Counted from the first letter of the stretch, positions 17,849 through 28,560 are shown. The stretch is DNA of 53,676 nt from a virus (IMGVR_UViG_3300030101_001806:1-53676); one strand, 5' to 3'. A program made the numbers and translations. Notes: generated by a model from the sequence alone, not told the origin.

Positions 17849-18550
17849 ATGAATATAGAAACAACAATGTTTATCAGGGAAGAAAAAATCAGAAGATTCC
17901 CAAATAGTGTTATGGCTAAAAAGGACAGATTTTATAAAGAGCACAGTCAGATAATTAATGCTCTCAGAAAAATTACTAGCTGGAATGATTTTGCAGCAAG
18001 TTTAGTTAAGCAGTTTGATACCAGAGGTCAACTCTCTGAGAAGCAATTATTTTCTGCTTCTGCTATGCTTACTAAGATTGAGCAGAATAAAAAAGAAAGG
18101 GAAGAAAAGAAAAAACAACAAGATAAAAATATGGTGTCTCTTGATGTTTCTAAAATTATAGCTATCCTTGAAAAAACAGAAGGTGTTGAAAGAAGATATT
18201 CTAATGGTCGTGAATATGTTACTAAGAAAGTTCAGTTCCCAAAAGTTCGTGTTGGTGATTTAGTTTTTTCAAAGGCATCTGAGTCTTCTAAAAATGCTGG
18301 TGCTATTTATATCAAGTATCAAAAAGAATATATTGGTAAAGTTCTTGGTGGTTATTACTTACCATTCAACAATCCATCTGCTGAAGTTATCGAGCAAATC
18401 AAAGAGGTCTGTAAAAGTCCTCTTGAGTCTGCTATTGCTTATGGAAAAAGAACTGGCAACTGTGCAGTTTGCAGCAGGGATCTAACAAGGCACGATAGCA
18501 TTGATCGTGGCATTGGTCCAATATGTGCTGAAAGATTGGGGATTATATAA
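17849..18550 (+). CDS. DUF6011-like Zn-finger protein
   Basis: C-terminal CAVCSRDLT...SIDRGIGPICA; start moved to 17849 to match the RBS. Confidence 0.7.
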   Translation: MNIETTMFIREEKIRRFPNSVMAKKDRFYKEHSQIINALRKITSWNDFAASLVKQFDTRGQLSEKQLFSASAMLTKIEQNKKEREEKKKQQDKNMVSLDVSKIIAILEKTEGVERRYSNGREYVTKKVQFPKVRVGDLVFSKASESSKNAGAIYIKYQKEYIGKVLGGYYLPFNNPSAEVIEQIKEVCKSPLESAIAYGKRTGNCAVCSRDLTRHDSIDRGIGPICAERLGII

Positions 18551-20250
18551 TGATAATCTCCAAAGCACCATTTGGTAAATACTGCATAGCAAAGGTTGAT
18601 CTGGGCAACGAAAACTTTCAAAAGTTGTCTGGACTTCCTGGATTCAAAAAATGGTTAGGCAGAGAGATGATGTTCGACCCAACAGGTGCGAACATTGATT
18701 ACATATACAAGTTTTGGCCAGATGCTCAATGGTCTGATGATGTTCAAGAAATATTAACTGAATATGTTGATGCCAAAAAAGAAGCACAAAAAATAAAAGA
18801 AGAAAAAGAAAAAGATCTTCCATCATCTGATGATTTTATGTTTAAGACCAAACCTTTTGATCATCAAAAAAGAGCATTTTATTTATCAAGAGATAAAAAG
18901 AACTTTGCTTTACTTATGGAGCAAGGCACTGGCAAAACAAAAGTGATTATTGATAGTGCTGCATATTTGTATGCTAATGGTGCTATTGATTGCATGGTTG
19001 TTATTGCACCTAATGGTGTTCATAGAAACTGGCTATCAACAGAAATGCCAACTCACTTGCCAGATTGGTGTCCTAGTAAATCTATGTATTACCAATCAAG
19101 CATGTCTAAAAATAAATTAGAAAAATCTTTCAATGATGTTTACACTGCACAAGATTGTCTAAAAATATTTACATTTAATGTTGAGGCATTTGTTAGCAAG
19201 TCAGCAATATTTTATATGGAAAAAATATTGTTAGCTAATAATGTATTATTAGTTGTTGATGAAAGTTCTAGAATAAAAACTCCTGGAGCAAAAAGAACAA
19301 AGATAATTACAAAGTTTGGCAAGCAGGCAAAATACAGAAGGATCTTAACAGGAACACCTATCACAAAAGGTCCAGAAGATGTTTACAGTCAATTCAGATT
19401 TTTAGATCCTTTAATTCTTGGATATGATAGCTATTATTCATTCAGAGCCAGATATTGTGTTATGGGAGGATTTGAGAACAGACAGATTGTCTCTTATCAG
19501 AACACAGAAGAATTAACTGAAAAGGTTGAGAGCCACTCATTCAGAGTTCTTAAAAAAGATTGTTTAGATCTGCCACCAAAAGTTTATCAAAGACATATTG
19601 TTCCTATGACTAAGGCACAAGAAAAACTTTATGTTCAAATCAAGAAGAACTTCGTAACAGAACTCAGAGGTGATACACTTACTGCACCTGAGGCAATAAC
19701 AAGACTGCTAAGACTGCAACAGATAATTTGTGGTTGGTTTCCATCAGAAGATAAGCTGAATCCTATTGAAAATAGCAATGCCAGACTAGACGCATTAAAA
19801 GACGTTTTATCCGATATTAATGATAAAGTCATCATTTGGGCAAGATTTAAAGCTGATTTAAGAGCCATAGAGGGCATGTTAGGAGACCAAGCTGTTACTT
19901 ACCATGGGGATGTTTCCAATGATATGAGAGCCATTGCTGTCGATAGATTTCAGAACGATCCGTCTATAAAATACTTTATTGGACAACCTCAGTCTGGTGG
20001 TATTGGTTTAACTTTAACTGCTGCAAGTTATGCAATTTACTACTCAAATGATTTTAACTTAGAAACAAGACTTCAATCTGAAGACAGGTGTCACAGAATA
20101 GGAACAAAAAAGAGTGTTACATATATAGACTTTGAAACACCAAAAACTATTGACACCAAAATAATCAAGGCACTGCGAAGTAAAAAGAACTTAGCAGATT
20201 ACATTAACAAAGATCCAGTATCTTTATTTTTAGAAGAGGAAAGTGAATGA
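18550..20250 (+). CDS. SNF2-family (SF2) helicase
   Basis: MEQGTGKTK, VDESS, ILTGTP, GGIGLTL, QSEDRCHRIG. Confidence 0.92.
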   Translation: MIISKAPFGKYCIAKVDLGNENFQKLSGLPGFKKWLGREMMFDPTGANIDYIYKFWPDAQWSDDVQEILTEYVDAKKEAQKIKEEKEKDLPSSDDFMFKTKPFDHQKRAFYLSRDKKNFALLMEQGTGKTKVIIDSAAYLYANGAIDCMVVIAPNGVHRNWLSTEMPTHLPDWCPSKSMYYQSSMSKNKLEKSFNDVYTAQDCLKIFTFNVEAFVSKSAIFYMEKILLANNVLLVVDESSRIKTPGAKRTKIITKFGKQAKYRRILTGTPITKGPEDVYSQFRFLDPLILGYDSYYSFRARYCVMGGFENRQIVSYQNTEELTEKVESHSFRVLKKDCLDLPPKVYQRHIVPMTKAQEKLYVQIKKNFVTELRGDTLTAPEAITRLLRLQQIICGWFPSEDKLNPIENSNARLDALKDVLSDINDKVIIWARFKADLRAIEGMLGDQAVTYHGDVSNDMRAIAVDRFQNDPSIKYFIGQPQSGGIGLTLTAASYAIYYSNDFNLETRLQSEDRCHRIGTKKSVTYIDFETPKTIDTKIIKALRSKKNLADYINKDPVSLFLEEESE

Positions 20251-20654
20251 GTGAAAAAGCATTTTGGGTATTAATAAGAACATCTTTAAAATTAAAAATG
20301 TACAGAGTGGAGAACAGAGTTATGAAAGGCATGCCAGATATACATTATAACAAAAATGGGAAGACAGGTTGGATAGAACTTAAATACTTGCCAAACTGGC
20401 CAAAAACAAGAGTTACAATTGGTCTTAAGAAAAATCAAGTTTTCTGGTTAAAAGAGTATTCTGAGGAAAAAGGTAAATGTTGGGTCTTAGTAAGGATAAA
20501 CAGAGATTACATGGGACTGTATAAAGGTAAAGATGCACAAAAACTTTATTTAAGACCAAGTAAAAAAGATTTTGTTGAAATGGCACACTGGCATAAAAAA
20601 GGAAATATGAAGTCTGAGGATTGGTCAGATTTAGTTTCTGTTATTACTAGCTGA
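20247..20654 (+). CDS. PD-(D/E)XK nuclease (VRR-NUC/resolvase-like)
   Basis: MSEKAF...RVEN...GMPD...WIELK...Q..W. Confidence 0.75.
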   Translation: MSEKAFWVLIRTSLKLKMYRVENRVMKGMPDIHYNKNGKTGWIELKYLPNWPKTRVTIGLKKNQVFWLKEYSEEKGKCWVLVRINRDYMGLYKGKDAQKLYLRPSKKDFVEMAHWHKKGNMKSEDWSDLVSVITS

Positions 20655-20717
20655 AATATCCAAATAAAAAAGAATATCCCCAGACACCAAGTGTTAGATG
20701 TATGAAGTCTTCATAAT

Positions 20718-21200
20718 TCATGAGTTTCTCTCTTTGTACAAATATAAAAGTAAAAATATAAAACCAATTATTGTTAAGGTTAATATTGTGATGGCAATCC
20801 CATTCACAATTTTATGCATCTGTTCTTTTCTTTTGTAAAAATTTTCTTGTCTTTCCTTTCTTATTTTTCCTTCCATAGCAAGTAATTCATTCCATGCTTG
20901 TGGACCAAAAGACATACTTAAATATTGTTTAAGTTCATATCTTTGTTGCTCTAGTTTCTTTTTTGCTGCAAATGCTTCAAGTGCTTGCTGTTCAATAGAA
21001 CTTGCATACATTAATTTTTTAAATAATGGTGGATTTTTTGCTTCTTTTTCTGCTTGGTCAACATCAGAAACTGCAGACATCCATTTACCAATTTGAGATG
21101 CCATTTGGTCTATGTCTTGACCAATAGCAAATCCTTGTTTAATTGTATTGAATGCTTTTGTTGCAACTCCGATGGCACCAGCTATAGTTAATGGATCCAT
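20718..21200 (-). CDS. Hypothetical membrane-anchored protein
   Basis: 160 aa; coiled coil plus C-terminal TM segment. Confidence 0.75.
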   Translation of the reverse strand: MDPLTIAGAIGVATKAFNTIKQGFAIGQDIDQMASQIGKWMSAVSDVDQAEKEAKNPPLFKKLMYASSIEQQALEAFAAKKKLEQQRYELKQYLSMSFGPQAWNELLAMEGKIRKERQENFYKRKEQMHKIVNGIAITILTLTIIGFIFLLLYLYKERNS

Positions 21201-21201
21201 C

Positions 21202-21369
21202 TTACCTCACAAGCAAACCTATTAGTAACACGATTGTTGTTCCTGCAGTGCCAATCATTATATGTTCTATTCTCTTTATTCTTAATATGGTTTCTTTCCA
21301 CCTCTCTGAACAAACTGCTTCATGTGTGTCTAATTCTGCTTTTACTTCTTGTACTGATAATCTAGGCAT
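21202..21369 (-). CDS. Small single-TM protein (XhlA/holin-like)
   Basis: MPRLSVQEV...HEAVCSERW...C-terminal hydrophobic helix. Confidence 0.6.
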   Translation of the reverse strand: MPRLSVQEVKAELDTHEAVCSERWKETILRIKRIEHIMIGTAGTTIVLLIGLLVR

Positions 21370-21392
21370 ATAATATTGTATCACTCCCCACA

Positions 21393-23618
21393 CTATTGCA
21401 CTGCTTGATTTATTTTATTAAGCAATGTATCTGGAACTCTTGTAATCCCAACATCTTTTATTATTTCTTTTATATTGCTTGGTTGCTCTGAGCCTTCTGT
21501 TCTTATAGGTGCTTGAATAAGATTGGAAAACAATGGTGCTTTCTTTCTTTTCATATAACCTGATATTGCATCAACTGCAGATCTTGTTTCACCAATACCT
21601 TTATATGATTGAGGATCTAACATCTCTCCAACAAGTGGGATTTTTCCAGCATAACTTAACAAACCTTTACGAGCCAAGCTGAACATTAACATATTTGCAG
21701 TGTTAGGTGGATTCATTTTTAACTCTGCCCAAAGAGTTGGAAGAACATTATCCTTAAATTGTTCTATTCTTTTTAACTCATCTTTACTAAATAATTGATT
21801 TATTAATTGCTTGTTCCTTTTGAAAGTCTGATTGTAATTATTAATTATATTAGTTCTTGTGACACCAGACTTACCAGCACCACTGAATCCTCTTGTTAAA
21901 ATGCCATCTTTTACCAGAGCAACGACTTCTTGAAATTGGTCTTTAGGAATATTTTGTCGGATCTTTTTTAAAACAAGATTCATGACTGCTGCAGGTTGAA
22001 ATCTTGCATGCCCAAAAAAAGTGTTGACAACAGAATCTGCGTCAAGTCCTGGATTTGTAAGTTTTTTCAGTATATTATTTGCTGCTTTTTCAGAGCCATC
22101 TTTGCCAACATCTTTACCTGTCAAACCTATGTATGATCTGTAATCTTTATTTGCTTTTAACAGGTTTTCAATAATTGATTCATCACCAACTATAAAAGCA
22201 TTATCAACACCTTTAGTTATATAATTATCTAGTGTAGATTTTATTGCCCTCATGCCTAAAAGTTCTGGGGATCCAGGAGCTTTGCTCTCAACACCTCTAA
22301 TTAATCTGTTAATAGTTTTTTGATAATCTCTCATAACAGAAAAAGGTTTTTGTTTAAAATTAGGATTGGCTGAAAGTTTATTTAATTTTTTTAAGATCTC
22401 AACAGACTTTTTAAGAGTGGGATACATTCCCATTTCAGTTGCACCAATATTTAATTCTTTAACAGAATTAAGAGCATCTTCAGAAAATTTATTTATGCCT
22501 TGTGGTGTTAAAATTAACTCATTTAAATTAGCATTTTCATATAAGTTTTGCGCACTTTTTTTATAACCTTGTGCTGCTTTTGTTACTATATTTTTAATTC
22601 CTGCAGCACTTTCCAGTGGGACAAGATCTTTTTCTAATCCAGCAGTTTGGCCAGATCCCATGGTCTCTGTTAATGTGTCAGCATCTTTCCTTATCATTTC
22701 AAGTTGTTCTTTATCAAAACCTGTAATGATTTCTCCACCATCATCTTTAGAAAACCTTAATCGATCTTCTTCCATTATTTGCTTAGATGCTTGTGCTTGA
22801 GCATCCCCTTGACCTTTTTCAAAAGGTTTGGTGGTTGCTTGACCTTTTGTAAGAGGATATTTAGATTTTGTTATTGTTTCATAAACATCTTTAGTTATTG
22901 TTGGCAGAGAAGATACAAATTTTTTAGGTGTGACTGCTCTCAGACCTGCTCCCACTGCTTTACCAATTTGTGGTGCAACTAAATCAGCACCAACACCTAT
23001 CGCTGTGCTAACTCCAACCTCACTGACTCTATCTCCCACAGTTTTAGATTCAGAAGTGTCTGGAGATACAAGTTCCTCGCCTGCAATATTTGCTGCTTCT
23101 GTTGTCCCATAACCTATTGTGCCTTTGCCTGCTGTTCCCATTTTTGTTTTTGCTGTTGATGCAAACTTTGCTGCAGGATAAAATTTGAGAATCTCACTTA
23201 CAAGATTGCTAAAATCTGTTTCTGTGGCTCCTGGTTTATTTATATAGTATGGTTTGTTTTCCCATAATATTAATGGATTATTAAATTTATCTACAAATGC
23301 ACCACCAAATCTATCGTCTGCTTCATAAGTATCTTTTATTATTTCTGCTTTTCCAGTGTCAGTTCTTGATACCATCATTTTGAGCATTGGTGCTAACTGC
23401 TCGAAAAAACCAATATCTATGTCTGTTATTTCACCAGCATTTTCAAATTCTATTTCTTTATCTTCACCAGTAAATGCTTTTTTGGCTCCGACAGCAGTAT
23501 CCACAACAGTGTCAACAACTTTATCTAAACCAAATGGAAGATCCACTGATTGCTTGTCGTCATCTTGTTCTATTAAATTAAGTATTTCATCAACAGATTT
23601 ATCTCTTAATTCTGACAT
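21393..23618 (-). CDS. Putative internal virion/ejection protein
   Basis: 741 aa, helical, last in the late operon; position typical of podovirus ejection proteins. Confidence 0.6.
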   Translation of the reverse strand: MSELRDKSVDEILNLIEQDDDKQSVDLPFGLDKVVDTVVDTAVGAKKAFTGEDKEIEFENAGEITDIDIGFFEQLAPMLKMMVSRTDTGKAEIIKDTYEADDRFGGAFVDKFNNPLILWENKPYYINKPGATETDFSNLVSEILKFYPAAKFASTAKTKMGTAGKGTIGYGTTEAANIAGEELVSPDTSESKTVGDRVSEVGVSTAIGVGADLVAPQIGKAVGAGLRAVTPKKFVSSLPTITKDVYETITKSKYPLTKGQATTKPFEKGQGDAQAQASKQIMEEDRLRFSKDDGGEIITGFDKEQLEMIRKDADTLTETMGSGQTAGLEKDLVPLESAAGIKNIVTKAAQGYKKSAQNLYENANLNELILTPQGINKFSEDALNSVKELNIGATEMGMYPTLKKSVEILKKLNKLSANPNFKQKPFSVMRDYQKTINRLIRGVESKAPGSPELLGMRAIKSTLDNYITKGVDNAFIVGDESIIENLLKANKDYRSYIGLTGKDVGKDGSEKAANNILKKLTNPGLDADSVVNTFFGHARFQPAAVMNLVLKKIRQNIPKDQFQEVVALVKDGILTRGFSGAGKSGVTRTNIINNYNQTFKRNKQLINQLFSKDELKRIEQFKDNVLPTLWAELKMNPPNTANMLMFSLARKGLLSYAGKIPLVGEMLDPQSYKGIGETRSAVDAISGYMKRKKAPLFSNLIQAPIRTEGSEQPSNIKEIIKDVGITRVPDTLLNKINQAVQ

Positions 23619-24910
23619 TAATTAGATCCTATTGTTGTATCAAATATTGGTTTTATAAATTTTAATGCATCAACAGACTTGCCTTCATCATTTGTAAAGA
23701 AATATTTATTTTTTACTTGATTTCTTATCGTATCTAAATCTGCACCTTGATCTCTTAATTTTTCAACAAATTGCTTTTTATCATCTACTAAAAATTGATA
23801 AATATTTCTTTGATCTTTAACAAGTTCATCCTGCCACTTAGTTTGCAGTTTCTGTGCTAATTTTATATTCTCTTTTGAATTACTGCCCATGCTATTCCAT
23901 GTTGCGTCTGGATCTATATTATTTTCTTCTTTAAAATCTTTGAAAAACTGATTCCATGCTAAGTTTTTCTTTATACCTCTTTCAGCAGAGAGCAATATTA
24001 AATAATTTCCTGCTTTTGTATTTCCAAGACTTACTTGCATACTGCTTAAAAATGCTAATTCTTTATCTGACAATGCACCTTTCATTTGAGATACACTTTG
24101 CAATACCATGCCACTGCTCAATGATTCTAAATTCTCACCAATACCTATGGCATTTGAATCAAAATCAAAACCAAACCTATTCAATAATTTTTTACCTGTA
24201 TTTATTGTTGATTGACCAAAACCAGTTTGTGTCTTATCCATTAGACTTTTTATTTGATTTAACAAACCTAAATCTTGACTTGCTTTTAATGATTTGTCTA
24301 TTACTCCTGGCTGTTTATTCTGACCAGTTCCTTGACCATCGAAAAATGAAAATAAACCTGTTACAGTTCTTTTTCCAAATTCTTCATCCATCTTTTTGCC
24401 ACTGTCGATATTTACTGTTGTGCCACTTGTTTTTGGTGCTTCATAACTGGATTCCACATTGCCATCAGGTGTATAAACATTAAATTTAAAGAGAAGACCT
24501 CCTTGAGCATCCGTTTTTTGCTTTCCCCCATCATCCATTGCTGGTCCCATATTAACTACTCTTGGAGCACCAGTCTTTGGTTTCAGAGATCCTGCCAGTG
24601 ATGCAGTCAATGTTGCTCTTGTTTTATCAGCATCTGCTTGTGCTTGTCTATCTTTTAATAAATATGCTGCAGGTGTTACTGCTGCACTGCTTGCTGCACC
24701 AAGTGCTGTGGCTCCTGGCTGAGATGCTTGCTTGCCTAATTCAGAAAAATATAAAAGACTCAATAAAGCTGGATCTATAGGTTTTCTTGCAGGTGTTAAA
24801 GCAGTTGCCAATAAAGATGCTTGCTGTAAATTTGATGGCAAATTACTTAATGCACCTTGATTTAAATTATTCATATTTGTATTTGATGTTCCAAATAATC
24901 TTGGTGCCAT
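23618..24910 (-). CDS. Putative ejection protein
   Basis: Ala/Gln-rich N-terminus; MKGALSDKELAFL motif. Confidence 0.6.
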   Translation of the reverse strand: MAPRLFGTSNTNMNNLNQGALSNLPSNLQQASLLATALTPARKPIDPALLSLLYFSELGKQASQPGATALGAASSAAVTPAAYLLKDRQAQADADKTRATLTASLAGSLKPKTGAPRVVNMGPAMDDGGKQKTDAQGGLLFKFNVYTPDGNVESSYEAPKTSGTTVNIDSGKKMDEEFGKRTVTGLFSFFDGQGTGQNKQPGVIDKSLKASQDLGLLNQIKSLMDKTQTGFGQSTINTGKKLLNRFGFDFDSNAIGIGENLESLSSGMVLQSVSQMKGALSDKELAFLSSMQVSLGNTKAGNYLILLSAERGIKKNLAWNQFFKDFKEENNIDPDATWNSMGSNSKENIKLAQKLQTKWQDELVKDQRNIYQFLVDDKKQFVEKLRDQGADLDTIRNQVKNKYFFTNDEGKSVDALKFIKPIFDTTIGSN

Positions 24911-25920
24911 TATGCTCTCCTACCCATAGCATATAAACTTCCAGCAGTTCCTAGAGCACCTATTGTCTGACCATATATACTTGGCTGTTGTAAGAATTGT
25001 TGTCCTTCCTCTAAGGATATTGTTCTTTGGTCATATGGAACACCTTGTAATGCACCAAGTGCAAAATTTAACATTTGGAAAGGTCTTTCTCTTTGCTCAA
25101 CAAAATCAGCATATCCCAAATCAAGTGCTGCTTGGTCTAATCTTCTTCTTGCCTCACCAGCAGTTATAAGACCAAGTGCTTGTTGTTCATCTAATGCTTG
25201 AGTCAATGGTGCTAAATCTGCTTGTGCTTGTGCTGCCCTTATTCTTGATGCTTCATCTGTTTCATAGCCAACTCTTAATGCATCTTCTGCACCAAATCTT
25301 GCTGCCCTGTCAGCATCGAATCTGCCTGCACCGAATTCAAGTGCTTCTCTGCCTGCTTGTCTTCTTATATCTGCTCCTGCTCTTGATATCTCTGCATCTG
25401 TTAATGCTTCTCTTACACCTAATCTTGAACCACCAAATGCTCCTGCACGAACAGCATCTGCCCTATTGCCAATTTGTCTATTCTGCCTGTCTCTTTCTAA
25501 TTGTTCAAGTGCTGGATCGACTGCTGTTTGAAAGACATCTTGAAACCTGCCTGCCATCTCTGCATCAAAACTTGGACCAAGCAATTCTTCTCTTGTTGCA
25601 GCATCATATCCTTGACCAAGAGTATCAGTTATATTTGCAGCTTTATCTACAAATTGTTGTGTTCGATCTCGACTGCCTCTTAAAATGTCCATCCCTGCTC
25701 TTTCATCCTCAGTCAATCTTATTGGATTGCCTTGATCGTCTGTTCCATATTCTGCAATCCTTGCAGCAGGAAATGGTGCTGGTTCAGACTGTGCTAATTC
25801 CGATGCTTGCTCGAATATTTGTTTTCCTGCTGCAGAAACCCATTCAGGAATCTGTGTGCCTTGAACGACCTTTGATGAGTCTGGCAAAACGATTGGTTGA
25901 TTTGTGCAAAGTGAACCCAT
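24910..25920 (-). CDS. Putative DNA pilot/ejection protein
   Basis: AGAFGGSR motif; Ala/Gln-rich; Gly-rich hydrophobic C-terminus. Confidence 0.65.
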   Translation of the reverse strand: MGSLCTNQPIVLPDSSKVVQGTQIPEWVSAAGKQIFEQASELAQSEPAPFPAARIAEYGTDDQGNPIRLTEDERAGMDILRGSRDRTQQFVDKAANITDTLGQGYDAATREELLGPSFDAEMAGRFQDVFQTAVDPALEQLERDRQNRQIGNRADAVRAGAFGGSRLGVREALTDAEISRAGADIRRQAGREALEFGAGRFDADRAARFGAEDALRVGYETDEASRIRAAQAQADLAPLTQALDEQQALGLITAGEARRRLDQAALDLGYADFVEQRERPFQMLNFALGALQGVPYDQRTISLEEGQQFLQQPSIYGQTIGALGTAGSLYAMGRRA

Positions 25921-26358
25921 TTATCCCTCTATATATATAGAACCAATTCTCAAGAAACCTTGTCTTTCGTAAAATTTATCTTTACGGATGACATCTCCTG
26001 AGAAAACATGTCCTAATCTTAGTTGTAGTTTAACTTCTTTAACAATTTTTACAAAATGATTTAATATTTTTTTAGCAATGTCACTTTTTCTATAATCTTT
26101 CATAACATAATACCAAAGATCTCCAATGTAGTCCTCATCAGACCACCAATCTTTGTTTTTCTGGCCAGATATTGAACCTATTATTTTTTCACTATCTACA
26201 GCGACAAGTATTATTCCTGTGTGCAACAATTCATTTATTTTGTGAACAAGTTTTCCAGTATTTATTTTTGGAATATCAACCACAGTTTCCTCGTGCATCA
26301 TTTGTAACAGAAATATTATTCCTGATATATCGCCAACATTGGCTCTTCTTATTATCAT
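25921..26358 (-). CDS. GNAT-family acetyltransferase in the tail module
   Basis: IRRANVGD...YVMKDYRKS.IA...FYERQGF. Confidence 0.8.
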   Translation of the reverse strand: MIIRRANVGDISGIIFLLQMMHEETVVDIPKINTGKLVHKINELLHTGIILVAVDSEKIIGSISGQKNKDWWSDEDYIGDLWYYVMKDYRKSDIAKKILNHFVKIVKEVKLQLRLGHVFSGDVIRKDKFYERQGFLRIGSIYIEG

Positions 26359-26654
26359 TACATTGCACCTAAAGCACCCATTTCTTTTGGCATGTCTTCT
26401 TCCATTTTTTCATCTGGCATTTCTTCATCACCACCTTCTTTCTGAACAGCATTTATTAACATTTCAAGTTCTGGTAATAATTTCATTAAAACTTTTGCCA
26501 CTTGAGGTGTAATCGCAGAATCTAACATTACCAACTCTTCTTTTGTCATTTCAGCAAGTCTTGACATCAAAACTATTTGAATTGACTCAGATGGATTTTT
26601 TAAATTCTCTTTTGCTTCTTCTGGGACATTTATTCCCATCTCTTCTAAAGCCAT
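26358..26654 (-). CDS. Hypothetical acidic protein
   Basis: 98 aa; ends MGALGAM. Confidence 0.7.
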   Translation of the reverse strand: MALEEMGINVPEEAKENLKNPSESIQIVLMSRLAEMTKEELVMLDSAITPQVAKVLMKLLPELEMLINAVQKEGGDEEMPDEKMEEDMPKEMGALGAM

Positions 26655-28031
26655 TTATATCTCCTTTTTTTTATATAAAACAGACCAATCTGTTGTTTTG
26701 CAAAATAAACCTATCACATAACAAGTTGGCTCTAATATTTTACGATATATTTTTCCAAGATAATCTGGTTTATTTCTTTTCTTGTAAATATAAGATATTT
26801 CATTAGCACGATGACCAGCAACATGTTTCCAAAATTTAACAAATCTGCCTTTTCTCATTTGCTTTACCATCCAAACTGCCCAGCAGTGATAACCATTTAC
26901 ATGAGTTGGTGTTAAATAATCTCTGGTAAATTTATAATCTAATACAACTTGATGTCTTGTCATTAACTTTTGTCTAGATAGTTCATTACAAATAACTCTT
27001 CCTCCAGCTGCAGCACCTATCGTTCCACCTATAACACCACCAAATCCTGGAAGTAAAGCATTGCCTATATATGTGCCAACAGTCGCACCAACTGCTTTTT
27101 TTGCAGATTTTTCAGGATCTTTACCTTTTGTAAATAATAAGTCTGTAAAGAATACACCAACACCAGCACCAACAGAACCACCAACATTTTGCTTACTGGT
27201 TAATCTATCGCCAACTCTGTCAAAATATCCTGGAGGTGTTGCTTTGTTAGATCCTGCAAAATCACTATAATCAAGAGTATCAGATCTACTAGCAGTTAGC
27301 TTACCACCTGCAGTTTCATTTCTATATGCATATTGAGGATTGTCTGCAGTTCCTATATTTCTCCTGTTATTTACATTAACATCTTTAGCAATAGTCTCAG
27401 TGCCAGTCTTTACAATTTGTTTTCCATCGACAACTCTATTTAATCTATTAAAATCATCTACTCTGCCTGATGCTTTTGCTGCATTCAAATTAGCTAACTC
27501 TGGATCGTAAAATAAATTCTCATTTTTTATAACATTAAATTGTTTATCAGAAATATTAAAATTTTTACTTATAGTCTCTGATGGAAGTTCACCAAAACCA
27601 AGACCAGACTTTGCTCCCTCAAATAATTTTTCAGAGAACTTTGCTCCTGTATCTGCTAAATATGGATCTGTAAATGCTCTACCAACACCTGTTGCTGCAC
27701 CTATAACAGCAGATTGTGTTATGTCTCGACCAACCTCTTTGGCTATCTCTCCTGGAGTTTTAAATCCTGAAGGGATCTGTCCTGAATTATACAGATCTTC
27801 ATATTCATCAAAAAGTTGACCTTCTGTTGCAGGATCGTATGTTCTTTCTCCTGTTTGGATTTTAGAGATCCACTGAAAAACTGGCATCTGAGAAGATCCA
27901 TATAAACTTTGCAACTGTTGTTGAGAAAGGTTTGGTTGATTAGTTTGTGTTTGGTAAACAGGAAAGCGATAAACACCATCTGCACCAATATCACTTATGT
28001 TTGTTAATGCTCCTAATTCCTCAACAGCCAT
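26655..28031 (-). CDS. Putative virion protein with glycine zipper and C-terminal IC..E..RQ/GYH domain
   Basis: 458 aa; C-terminal domain is paralogous to that of 49542-50609. Confidence 0.7.
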   Translation of the reverse strand: MAVEELGALTNISDIGADGVYRFPVYQTQTNQPNLSQQQLQSLYGSSQMPVFQWISKIQTGERTYDPATEGQLFDEYEDLYNSGQIPSGFKTPGEIAKEVGRDITQSAVIGAATGVGRAFTDPYLADTGAKFSEKLFEGAKSGLGFGELPSETISKNFNISDKQFNVIKNENLFYDPELANLNAAKASGRVDDFNRLNRVVDGKQIVKTGTETIAKDVNVNNRRNIGTADNPQYAYRNETAGGKLTASRSDTLDYSDFAGSNKATPPGYFDRVGDRLTSKQNVGGSVGAGVGVFFTDLLFTKGKDPEKSAKKAVGATVGTYIGNALLPGFGGVIGGTIGAAAGGRVICNELSRQKLMTRHQVVLDYKFTRDYLTPTHVNGYHCWAVWMVKQMRKGRFVKFWKHVAGHRANEISYIYKKRNKPDYLGKIYRKILEPTCYVIGLFCKTTDWSVLYKKKEI

Positions 28032-28352
28032 CTATGTTACCTCTAAAAAACTTACAACAACATGCAATCTGTCTGAATTTGCTGCTTGCACTTTTAATAT
28101 CTCACTTTCCTGTATTATAACTGGTTGTGTTAATAATTCAACAGTATTGTTTCCTGTAATAGATTTGGTTTTGAACAATGAAAAAACGTCTGATCCAGCT
28201 GTCAAAGTAACATCTATCGTTGAGCCACTACCACTGTCATCGTTCACAAGTATGCTTTTAACTATTGTTTGAGTCGCAGTTGGACAAGTATAAACAGTTG
28301 TATTGTTAGTTGTTGTTAAATCTACTTTTGCATTTTTGTAATTATTAGGCAA
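28032..28352 (-). CDS. Putative virion structural protein
   Basis: Beta-rich (TVYTCP..TQTIVKSILV); likely TTG start at 28352 after AAGGA. Confidence 0.65.
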   Translation of the reverse strand: MPNNYKNAKVDLTTTNNTTVYTCPTATQTIVKSILVNDDSGSGSTIDVTLTAGSDVFSLFKTKSITGNNTVELLTQPVIIQESEILKVQAANSDRLHVVVSFLEVT

Positions 28353-28560
28353 AGAAAAATCCTTTTGCTGTTGCTTCATCTTCTGCTTTAGAATTAGAAG
28401 TCTGAGTCATATTCGTTGTTTCTATATCAATCTGCTCAAGTGCTGCAATCAGTGCTTGATTAAATAATAACATTTCTGTAAATTTATTAAAAAAAGCTAA
28501 CTCTGACGCAGGCAATGATGCTATTAATGTTGGTGCTGTTGGCAATCTTATTGTGCTCAC
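28345..28560 (-). CDS. Hypothetical small tail protein
   Basis: 71 aa, coupled to both neighbours. Confidence 0.6.
   Translation of the reverse strand: MSTIRLPTAPTLIASLPASELAFFNKFTEMLLFNQALIAALEQIDIETTNMTQTSNSKAEDEATAKGFFFA

Noticed and set aside
20647-20721. 24-aa hydrophobic ORF MNYEDFIHLTLGVWGYSFLFGYFS on the minus strand
   Set aside because: It is ATGA-coupled and could be real, but it is too short to support without homologs
23956-25940. + strand Leu-rich ORFs (175 and 254 aa)
   Set aside because: Antisense shadows of the ejection-protein genes with implausible composition
25921-26358. GNAT acetyltransferase as part of the DNA-modification pathway
   Set aside because: It lies in the late tail/ejection module, a usual position in podoviruses, on the opposite strand and far from the nucleotide operon
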